Source of the DNA: Octopus sinensis
Lineage: Eukaryota
Length of the DNA stretch: 64,000 nt
Assembly (NCBI RefSeq): GCF_006345805.1
Contig: NC_043012.1
Coordinates: forward strand, 40,362,001-40,426,000
Direction of reading: 5' to 3'
Shown here one piece after another: positions 54,118 through 64,000 of this stretch; the first letter of the stretch is position 1; every line of letters begins with the position of its first letter. The translations under genes were made by a program, and so were the position numbers. The notes under the pieces were generated by a model. It saw only the letters and a list, made by a program, of their open reading frames with translations, ran no database searches and was not told the origin of the DNA.

Positions 54118-54519
54118 GTATATGTGTATGTATAAGTATAGGTGTGTATATTTGTAAGTATAAGTGTGTGTGAATCAGCAATTTGAAAACACAGTGACAT
54201 CTCCCTACATTCCTCACACACACACACACACACATAAATATATATAGAAGAAACAAACCACATAACTAAACCAACAAGTTTGGCCATTTGTTTTGTCATC
54301 ATCACTTATCCCCTTCCTTCATCATCATCACCACTGCCACCACCCCTGGTCAGGGGGCAAACTGTATCCCACTTAAGCAATGACCTAGCAAAGCTAGAAA
54401 CTAGGTATGTTTAGACTAAATCTATGTCACATCGCAATTGTAATTGTCGCAGCAGCAGTAAGGCTTGTATTGTGTTTAAAGAAAAAACGTTGCTGATTTA
54501 TGAAACATAATCAACACCC

Positions 54520-55346
54520 ATTCAGCATTCGGGATTACTCCGTCAAACGTAGTGGCCTCTTTATTTCACATTGTTTCATATTAATCCTGTATTACCTTGT
54601 AGCTTTGAGATTTTGATGGCGTGATTGTTTATTGTTAGAATGACATTGTAGGGCAGGTGTGAGGGGCTGAATCTGGTAGGTTTGAGCATAAAACATCATC
54701 ATCATCGTTTAACGTCTGCTTTCCGTGCTGACATGGGTTGGACGATTTGACAGAGGACTGGCAAACCAGATGGCTGCACCAGGCTCCAATCTTGATCTGG
54801 CAGAGTTTCTACAGCTGGATACCCTTCCTAATGCCAACCACTCCGAGAGTGTAGTGGGTGCTTTTACATGCCACCGGCACAAGGGCCAGTCAGGTGGTAC
54901 TGGCAACAGTTAAACTATTTGGGCTTGATATGACAGATTCAATTGCTTAAGGGTTAACATTCAGATTTCTCTGGCAAAATCTTAAACTTATTTATTTAAT
55001 ATTAATTACTATGTTGTGGCTTCTAGATTCTAATGATCTGATTATTTATGTTTAGAATGACATTGTACGGTTAGTGCAAGAGGTTGGATCTGGCCATTTT
55101 AAACATGAAAGGGGCAGGACATTTCAGCCAGATATGGCCAGTTTAACTAACCCTTTACCATTTAAACCAAACATATCTGGACCCTCACATTCTACCTGAT
55201 GATGTCAGTCTGAAAACAAACTACCAGATCATCACAATCTTGAAGCTATGAAATAATTCAGGATTAATTTGAGATGCTGTGAATAAATAAGCATGAGATT
55301 TGACAGAATAATCTGAACTGCTAAAGGATTAAATGCTAAAGAGTTA
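54520..55346. mobile_element. Cluster of three copies of the TTAACCCTTTAGCA MITE, the first interrupted by a SINE
   Basis: Repeated tagaatgacattgta(g)ggtaggtgtgag motif and TTAA-bounded ends (gcttaagggttaa at 54945-54957, ctaaaggattaa at 55321-55332). Confidence 0.65.
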
Positions 55347-55470
55347 AATGTCTTAATATTCTTTTCATGGAACAGTGGACCTTGAAGCACACAGAGCTAT
55401 AAATAACAACATGTAACTATTGTACATTATTTACATTTGACGGATATTTGTCCTCATCTTGTTTGTTGTT

Positions 55471-55516
55471 AACACAACGTTTCGGCTGATATACCCTCCA
55501 GCCTTCATCAGGTGTC
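55471..55516 (-). ncRNA. Minimal type I hammerhead ribozyme, apparently intact
   Basis: Minus strand GACAC-CUGAUGA-A-GGCUG gagggtatat CAGCC-GAA-ACGU-U/GUGUU: 5-bp stem I, full core, 5-bp stem II, palindromic stem III (ACGU), GUU cleavage triplet. One extra A follows A9. Confidence 0.72.
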
Positions 55517-55806
55517 TTGGGGAAATTTCGAACCTGGGTTCTCATTCCTAAAGTATTTTTCAATGTTATTATTATTATTATTATCATTCAGGTCACTGCC
55601 TGGAATCAAACTTGGAATCTTGGAGTTAGTAGTCCACGCTCTTAACCACTACATCATATGCCCATAGTGGTTAAGAGTGCAGGCTACTAATTCCAAGATT
55701 CCAAGTTCGATTCCAGGCAGTGACCTGAATAATAAAAATAATAACAACAACAACAACATTGGAAAAATACCTTAGGAATGAGAGCCCAGGTTCAAAATTT
55801 CCCTAA

Positions 55807-55852
55807 GAGACCTGATGAAGGCCGGAGGGTATATCAGACGAAACGTTGTGTT
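55807..55852 (+). ncRNA. Degenerate hammerhead copy in the right arm of the palindromic element
   Basis: GAGAC-CUGAUGA-A-GGCCG gagggtatat CAGAC-GAA-ACGU-U-GUGUU. Core intact; one stem I mismatch and two stem II mismatches. Confidence 0.55.
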
Positions 55853-56699
55853 AACAACAAACAAGATGAGGACAAATATCTGTCTTATGTAAATAATTCG
55901 TCATCTCTTAAATATAGAACTATGTAAATATTGGTATGAAAATCCCCTTTTAGGTAGGAAAAGGTCAAAGGCTAGCTACCCTGTCATGTCCACAGAATAT
56001 CTGGGTACAAATCGACTTTTTCTTTCCAAACAAGTTTTTCAACTCAAGGAAGCTTGCTTCTGAACCACATGGTTTCAGGTTCAGTCCCACTGCGTGGCAC
56101 CTTGGGCAAGTGTCTTCTGCGCTAGCCTTGGGCTGACCGGAGCCTTGTGATTGAATTTGGTTGGTGAAGGTTTCCGTTTCAGGTGTACATGTGTCTTTGA
56201 GTGCATGTGCCTCCTAACATAGAGGAAGACAAAAAAAAGTTTACATGATATTATTTATAGCTTTTTGTTTGGTTCGAGATCCTCTCTTCCAAAAAATAAG
56301 AATTATTTCTTGCTCTCTCAGAAAGTTTATAAATTCTAATGGCATCAACAACATGTCTTAATATAGTTGATAACATTTTGGCTTCTTGCTGCTAAATGCA
56401 TACAAGACCCACTTCTTTTCTCTAAGATTTTTTTTATATGAATGCAAGGCCCCTTGAGGCAAATAAAACAAAGAATTCTTATCATTATTACTGTTATTAT
56501 CAAATAAACTCTGTGAAGGCCATCTTTGCCTTTCATCCCTCCAGGGTTGATAACATACATACTGGTTAAGTAGTGGGGTTGATGTATTCAACTATCCCAG
56601 CTTTTCCTGAAATTGCTGGCCTTGTGCCAAAATTTAAAACCATTATTATTATTATTATTATTATTATTATCATTATTATTATTATCATTATTATTTTTA

Positions 56700-56730
<31 letters not shown>

Positions 56731-56734
<4 letters not shown>

Positions 56735-57087
56735 CAGTCTTATTTTTATCACATGCTTTCACTGCACTACCGAGTGCAGCTCTGTCTGCCTTGGGTATTT
56801 GCTGTGGTTTGTTGTGGTGCTTTTATTTTCACTATATTGAAAGTGTTTTACACAGGATGTGTGCAGTGCCTAGTAGTGCAATTTTCTGTATGTTATATGT
56901 GTTTGTAAGTCCTGGTGTTTTGCTTATTTATTTGTCTGAATATTTTTTTTATCATACCTAATGCACCTACTACGATAGGAATTGTTTCTGTTTTTAGATT
57001 CCACATTCTGGTTACCCCTATTTCCAGATCTTGGTATTTTGAAAGTTTCACCAGTTCTTTTAGAGAAACATTGTCATCCGTTGGCAT
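56731..57087 (-). mobile_element. 5'-truncated R4/Dong-clade (restriction-like endonuclease) LINE 3' end
   Basis: Minus strand PTDDNVSLKELVKLSKYQDLEIGVTRMWNLKTETIPIVVGALGMIKK, frameshift, then TPGLTNTYNIQKIALLGTAHILCKTLSI* (stop 56832-56834). Short UTR and (TAA)n tail at 56644-56730. Confidence 0.85.
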
Positions 57088-58267
57088 TTATTATAACAAT
57101 AATAATAATAATCATTATTTTTATTATTATTATTAAGAGCAGCAAGCTGGTAAAAAGAGTGTTGGTTAAGATGTGTTGCAGTATTTATTCCAAGACTGTA
57201 TGTTCTGACTTTAAATTCCTCAGAAGTTACCCATTACTAACCACACTGACGAATGGGAGAATAAAGAAGGCTCTGTCTCTTCCTTCTACTTACAAGAAAT
57301 CACAACCTACTAATTTTTTTTTTAAGGGACGAGCCATCTGGTTCGCCAGACCTCAGTCAAATCGTCCAACCTATGCTAGCATGGAAAGCGGACGTTAAAC
57401 AACGATGATTAAATGATAATGACCTTGAATAATGTATTTGTAAATAAGTTGGGATGGCCAGGGTTGGAATGCCAGGCCTTTGATCGATCATCAGTCTCCT
57501 GGACCAGAGCAAAAGTCGAGGGCTATACAACAACAACGGCATTATATCTCAAGAGCGAATATTACAATATGCATCAATAGGCATTCTTCAGAGAAGAATG
57601 GCAAAGGAGGAGGAGGAGGAGGTGAATGGTGGTACAGTGGTGTGTTGAGGGAAAGGTCAACCTCAGAGACTTGAGTCACTGGTGACATTTCATTGATCCA
57701 TGTGTCGGTTGACCGACTATGTTTCAAGTGGTCAAATATGGAAAATAATAATGTGATGAAATCATGTAAAGGTCTTGGGGTGGGGTGGGGATGGGGTGAG
57801 TCTGTGGTCTGAGGAAATGGTGGGGTGAGATCTAGTGCAGGGAGAGGGGTGGTGTCGTTATTGGCTTTTATTTTATAAAAGACAGATATTTATTTAAAAG
57901 ACATTAGAAGTTTGATTATATCAGCACCATTCCTATTATCAAAATATACTTCAGTGGTGCTGTTAGGATTTGAACTCACTGCATAAACAGGTGAATTATT
58001 CTTACATCATTTAACAGCTGCTCTCCCATGCTTTTGAAATTTCTTGGGGCAGAGTCACTACAGCCAGATGTCTTCCCTGTTGCCATTCCTCACCCGTTTC
58101 CAAGAGAGCTAATCTCTTCAATCGTCCTTCAAACTCGGACAATATGGATGACTTAATATGTTGATGCTGAAGATTGTAAACAAACGACTTCACTTGCAAA
58201 GAAGTGGCGTTTCTTTACAATTACCACATGACGTCAAGTCAGGAGAACATATACATTCACATAGTGC

Positions 58268-58304
<37 letters not shown>

Positions 58305-58378
58305 AAAATTACTTGGCAATCACACAAGTGTTAATGTCACAAAAAACACGAAACAAAAAAATACAGTATACTCTGTAA

Positions 58379-58734
58379 GGCACAGGTGTGGCTGTGTGGT
58401 AAGAAGCTTGCTTCTCAACCACATGGTTCCAGGTTCAATCCCACTGCATGACACCTTGGGCCGACCAAAGCCTTGTGAGTGGATTTGGTAGATGGAAACT
58501 GAAAGAAGCCCATTGTATATGTGTGTGTGTGTGTGTGCATGTGTCTCACCACCGCTTGACAACTGGTGGTGGTGTGTTTATATCCCCATAACTTAGCAGT
58601 CCAGCAAAAGAGACTGATAGCCTAAGTATTAGGCTTCAAAAAATAATAAATCCTGGGATCGATTTGTTCAACTAAAATAGTTCAAGGCAGTGCCCCAGCA
58701 TGGCCACAGTCTAATGACTGAAACAAGTAAAAGA
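58379..58734 (+). mobile_element. SINE family A
   Basis: Full length with an internal deletion after accttggg. Confidence 0.88.
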
Positions 58735-61700
58735 TAAAATGATAACAGATAAGGTGACTGGTAGCCATAGAAACCATTCTAGCGCCAACACTGGATTTCA
58801 ATACTGTGCTTTGGCTCATTGGACCCTATCAAATCCTTCAACTTATGCCAATATGGGAGAAAGACATTCAATGATAAAGATTATATACCATTTCAGTCTG
58901 GTGATTCCGTTGTCTGCTCGAAGATGACAGGTGTTCACTCCCCTGCTTGCAATATATACCGGGTGCAGAGTGCATCGATAACCAGTAGGAAGAGGCTCTT
59001 CCCAGGGTTAAAAACAGTAGTAATGTCTGTTACAACATGCGTGTACATGTCAGGTGTAAAACATTATTTCCCAAATAAATATTTGGATGTGGTTATCCTA
59101 TTGCACAACTTTGAACAGAGGTACGATATTAAACCAACAGATAAATTGTAGTTGTTATATCCGTGCCATATATGTCCATTGATTTGATAGTGCAAAATGG
59201 TGCATTACACATTTGGCAGAGTGGTCTGAATGCTGAAGGGTTTTGAACAGAGAGATTCAATGTTAAAAGAAAGGAATATGAGAACTTTGTCAAAGAATGT
59301 TGGTAATATATCAATGAATGACCAAGTTTAGTCATTTTGCAGATTTAAGAATAGAAAAAGAAGAAAAGAAGAATTTGTCTGTCTTTTACTTTATGCTTCC
59401 GTTGATATGTTTTTACCAAAAAAGAATGGATTCAGATTCTTGCAGTTTTGTACAAATTTAATGAGCAATGCCAAAACTATTTGGTGAGATCATTAACTCA
59501 TTCATTGTGTCTCAAAGATTCTTTCTTGGTTTAATGAAGAATTATTAGAATACAATAAAACTGATAACAAAAGATGGAATGGTAATTAAGAGAGCCATTC
59601 ATAGATGACTGCACGTTAATTTGGAGAAAATATAGCTTTTCTTGAAATTAAATTCTTGGGAAGATTAACATAAAAATTGAATAAAGAATTGTCAAACGAT
59701 GATAAATGTTGATTTAATCTTTAAAATATACAAAAAAATTCAAACTGAAAAAAAAAAAAAGACAGCCAAAAATATGCACAAAAAACAAAGTTATTCTACA
59801 ATGATTGATATTTGGGTAGTAGAGAGGGGGTCAAGTAGAGGGAGATAACTTTATACAGGTTTCTTTACTTTTGGAAACTCTTTAGCAGAAATGCATACTC
59901 AGTGCAAACTGTGGTTAACTGTCCTGGGTGAATGACAGAGAAACATAGCCATTGTTGTATCATATTCCATGTATATACAACGTTGATAGGCCAGTTATAA
60001 CAATATTTATTCTGAGATAACATCTTTTATGGACACACTGTGTTAAAAATATACAATATTGGGAGGGGAGGATTACTTCAGCAGCAGCCATTGCAGTGAT
60101 GTTATTGTTTATTTTCTCAATGACATTGTAGGGTAGGTGTGAGAGGTTGGAGCTGGTTGGGTTGAACATAAAATGGGCAGAATATTTAAGGCTGGATATA
60201 CCTGGTTTAAATTCTAAAAGATAAGTACAAGATCTCATTTATAATAATTGCCTTCTTTGAAGAATAAGGTACCTTTGAAGAGGTAATAAGGTACCTAGCA
60301 TTAGGGGATCTTAAATTAGGTGTTTTTTCTCACAAAATCACTTTCTCTCTTCTGATGTGTGTGTGTGTGTGTGTGTGTGTTGGGGTGAGTTAGTTCATTT
60401 ACTCTATAAGCTTTCATAGTCACCATCAGCAGCATTGTCATCATCAACATCACCATCTACAGCACCATCACCATCATCATAACCCAAAATATTACATCAT
60501 CACCACAACCACTAACCATTTAGTACCTCTAATGGCACCGCCACTACCCCCACCCCACCATCATTATCATCGTAATCACAACACAGTTACACCACCACTG
60601 TCATCACCATCACAAGTTGTCATCACAACACAATTACATAACCATCACCACCACCACCGCCATGTTTATTTGCCTTTCTTTGCTTCAAGGATAACATTTT
60701 AAGCAGCCATTTTCTCTTTGACTAATCTACTTAAATTGTATGGGTCGGGGGGAGGGGGTCAGCTGTTTCATTGAAATGTTACTAAGGGGTGAGGCGGGTA
60801 GAGAGGAAGTAAGGGGGGGAGGCTGTTGTGTAATAAGGGTGGAGTACACACTTCTATCTCTCAGACACCCACCTCCCTCTCTTTAAAAACACAAACATGA
60901 AAGAGAGAGAAAGAAAGAGATAGGGAGAGACAGAGGGGGGGGGAGAAGACTAGAGAAAAAAACGGCAAAAGAGAAAGTCAACCAGAAACAGATCCAGCTG
61001 CTGTTTAGTCACAGGTCAGTTCTGATTGAGAAGACTTATAATTTAAGACGTTCCAGTCATGACCATTCCATCTATATATATAAATGCTAAAACTATCCAA
61101 TGTGTCCTGTCTTTTTCCTCTTTTCAAATAGATGTAAGCGTGTGATTTGAAAAATGGTTCGGTTCCTATTTTTAGCACATCGCGCGACCATGTAGAGGCG
61201 CCCTTTGTTAACTAGCAGGGACATGACATTCGGTGATTTAAAGAGGCGTTAGAACTATTAATATCTAAGTGATGGTGGTGGCGATGTCGGTGATGATTAT
61301 GCTGATGATGGTGGTGTTTGTGGCAGCGGTGGTGGTGGTGGTGTGATGGTGTGATGGTAAGGACGGTTATAAACATCTGTAGAACCGGATGGCCCGGCAA
61401 AAAAAGGAAAGAGGTATTTCCTGCTGAAATCAGTATTGGAAGGTGGGTGGGTGGTGGTGGTGTGTCTTTTGGTTTTGTAGAGAGGGGGGGGGCAGTTGGG
61501 GGGGGGGTGAGGGGGAGGATATATAATTATAGGACGGGTGGAGGAGGAGGAGGAGAACAGAGATAAGAAAAGACAGGTGAAAGGGGAGAGGAGGGGAGGT
61601 ATGAGATAAGAGAAGAGGGAGAGAGAGAGGGAAGAGGAGGAGTAAGGTGGAAACGGTTCAGGTGTAATTAAGTTAGTTTAAATATAAGCTGCAACACACA

Positions 61701-62537
61701 CACACACACAGAGTCACCTATAAATACACGCAAACACACACACAAGAGGTACAGTCACATTTTCCACCTCTCTGCCTACCTCCCCAAACTTTCTATGTGA
61801 TCATTCGACTTGCTAGCAATAACAACTAAGTCTCCCCACCAACCATGTCCCAAAGGACATATTGAATAATGTAGTCTGGTAATCTGGGTCACATTGCAGC
61901 TGAAAAAAAAATGAGGGGCGGTCATGGTCGGAACAACTTTGACCATAGGTTTGCTTCATCTTGTACAAGAAACAGCTGATGTTTGCTTTGACCCAAACTG
62001 GCCAGATTCCCCCGCTTTACCGTCTTTCTGTTGGACAGGCCCTAAAGAAAGAACTGTCCTCCGGGTTTACCGCAGCCTCTAAACCCTGATTTCAGTTACC
62101 CTATGATCAAAGGTAAACCAGCCGTTATCACCTGGCGTTTGTTTAATTAAGATACAGCAATATACGTGATTATAGGAGGTAGTTGAACGAGTTTAGCCTT
62201 TCGTTATATTTCAATTGGGTCTTGTTTGATTTCTTCCAACTTCGCAAAGGTCTTTAAATTTTCACCAGATTAATTTCAAAGACTGTGGTTTGCTGGTGAT
62301 GAAAATCGCATTCATTTTGTCCTAAAAAATTAATAAAGTTATATGACTAGATCATTGACATTTTGTCTGAGCTGATGTCTATTGTCTTGGAAAATAATCT
62401 GGTGAAGAAGATTTGAAAACCTTCAAGTGGCTGGAAGAAATCTTAATAAGATTTTTCTGTTGAAATTACACTGTTTATTTCATTTTTTTTTATTATAACG
62501 AAGAATTTATTAATCCTTTATATATATATATATATAA

Positions 62538-62894
62538 ACCTGAAACCGCCTACAACCCTACGATACAACATCCTGTTTTAGAGATGTTTTAGAGATTAAA
62601 ACCTTGCATCAAAATATGTTAATTTACGTTCCAAACACCAGCTTAATAATGACAGAAGTTATTTTAATGAAATTCTTCTTTATTTTACAAAATTAATTGA
62701 AACAAAAGGGCAATGTATGTCAATAGAAAGATGGTAACAAAAGGGTTTAAATAAATTTTATCATTATTAAGCTGGTGCTTGGAGCATAAATTAACATCAA
62801 AGTTTGATGTAAGATTTACATTCGAATCATTTTAAATTGAAAAGTTTGTATCAGAATCAGGGGGAGCATTAGCTGAGCTGGTATTAAAGGGGTT
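62538..62894. mobile_element. Two more copies of the same piggyBac-type MITE, in inverted orientation
   Basis: 62538-62750 ends atggtaacaaaagggtttaa. 62752-62894 is a reverse-oriented partial copy. Confidence 0.55.
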
Positions 62895-63468
62895 GGCTGC
62901 TATTTCTAGCGGTTTGGCTTCAGGGAAACAGCTGTTGGGTATAAAATTATAAACATTTGAACTTGTTCACACCGGTTTATGATTGGATAAGAGAAATTGG
63001 CAAGTGCGTGTTGTGTGTAGAGCATGACTAGACATTAAAAAGTACACCACACACACACACATATATACATACATACATATATATATATATACACACACAC
63101 ACACATACATAGACACGCACATTTATATACCGACACAAACATACATGCTCACACAGCGGTGGTGGTGGTGGTGGTTGGGGTGGTATGGTTAAGAGCAAGC
63201 CTTATATATCTGTCAGGCAGTTTCACCTCTTCGTTTTACACCTGCCACACTCGATAAAGGTATTGCTGGCGGTGGAAGAAAGACAGAGAGAAGAACAACT
63301 GGAGGAAAAGTAAGAGGAGAGGCAGTGAGTGGGAGGAGGAGGAGGAGGAGGTGGAAAAGGAAATTCAAATATTAACGACTAAACAACGACAACAACAACA
63401 ACAACAACAGCAACTGGAAAACTTTAAATCGTAGGAGACAAACAGACTCTAAACCACACTGGAACATA

Positions 63469-63616
63469 CAATAGACAAGAGTGCAAGCCGCTTATTGTGA
63501 TCACTTTGGGACGAGGCATTTTTGATAACGAGTGCGAGATAACGTTAAGTAAGTAAAATGTTCGGGATGTTGATTTTGATAACGTTATCTGTGATTACAA
63601 TAAGCGGCCTCCACTG
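63469..63616. mobile_element. Tigger/pogo-like MITE
   Basis: Inverted repeat gccgcttattgtgatcac (63487-63504) / gtgattacaataagcggc (63591-63608), right end ccactg. Confidence 0.6.
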
Positions 63617-63708
63617 CATATGTAATACACACACATACAGAAAGACAAATATGCACATACAGGTATATATATATATACATGGGCTCACACGCAATTTCTT
63701 TTTGTGAA

Positions 63709-63887
63709 TATGCGTAGTGACTGAGTAGTGATAAGCCTGCTTCTCAACCCCATGGTTCCAAGTTCAATCTTAGTGCGAAACACCTTGAGGATTCTGTAGC
63801 CTTGGGCCGACCAAAGCCTTGAGAGTGGATCTGGTAGATGGAAACTGAAAGAAACCCATCGTGTACGTATGTAAGTACACACACACA

Positions 63888-63922
<35 letters not shown>

Positions 63923-64000
63923 ATGTATGCGTGTGTGTGTCCCTGTCCACCACCGTTTGATAACCGGTGTTGGTGTGTTTAGATCCCGTAATTTAGCGGT
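63709..64000 (+). mobile_element. SINE family A (runs off the window end)
   Basis: Head, body and internal microsatellite present. Half-copies also at ~41990-42175, 47690-47852, 51155-51350, 52095-52252 and 56050-56160. Confidence 0.8.

Larger units (their letters stand above)
55426..55897. mobile_element. Palindromic element: two head-to-head tRNA-like heads, each followed by (TAA)n, a body and a hammerhead motif
   Basis: Arms 55426-55651 and 55665-55897 are reverse complements around the 13-nt centre catcatatgccca. Each arm has an A-box-like TAGTGGTTAAG, a B-box-like AGTT(C/T)GATTCC and CTGATGA...GAAACGTTGTGTT. Confidence 0.9.

Noticed and set aside
55196-55220. CTGATGATGTCAGTCTGAAAAC hammerhead-like string
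   Set aside because: Arises by mutation inside the piggyBac-type MITE (ctacaatgtcattctaaaaat); stems I and III absent.
55588-55727. Functional tRNA genes
   Set aside because: A/B-box heads lack a proper acceptor stem and run into repeat bodies. The same applies to all SINE heads in the window.
61101-61200. Strong plus-strand splice acceptor (ttttcctcttttcaaatag)
   Set aside because: Downstream sequence is a degraded copy of the dispersed gtgtgatttgagggagatttggctgctatttctagc repeat, with no open frame. The same holds for the acceptor-like site at ~3737.

Overview
AT-rich, microsatellite- and SINE-saturated animal DNA. The repeat families look like those of an octopod cephalopod (pattern recognition, not a database result). 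The only confident protein-coding content is two minus-strand exons of a heterotrimeric G-protein alpha subunit of the Gi class: exon 2 at 17849-17891 (GAGESGKSTIVKQMK, P-loop) and exon 3 at 2783-2924. Both have the same sizes and phases as vertebrate GNAI exons (43 and 142 nt). I found neither exon 1 nor exon 4, so the rest of the window is probably intronic (intron 2 = 14,924 bp; intron 1 apparently >46 kb). Almost all ORFs in the supplied track are microsatellite or SINE read-throughs. The introns contain several tRNA-derived SINE families, hAT-, Tc1/pogo- and piggyBac-type MITEs, and 3' fragments of a Tx1/L1-clade LINE, an R4/Dong-clade LINE and a probable Penelope-like element. There is also a 1.2-kb tandem duplication and several perfect hairpins. 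The most interesting signal is a ~470-bp palindromic element (55426-55897) made of two back-to-back tRNA-like Pol III heads, each followed by a minimal type I hammerhead ribozyme with a self-complementary stem III; the minus-strand copy looks intact. Five further, partly decayed hammerhead motifs lie in the same intron, all on the pre-mRNA sense strand. A second pattern is an apparent SINE/Tx1-LINE pair sharing a 3' tail and accumulating in same-orientation chains in (TAA)n tracts.
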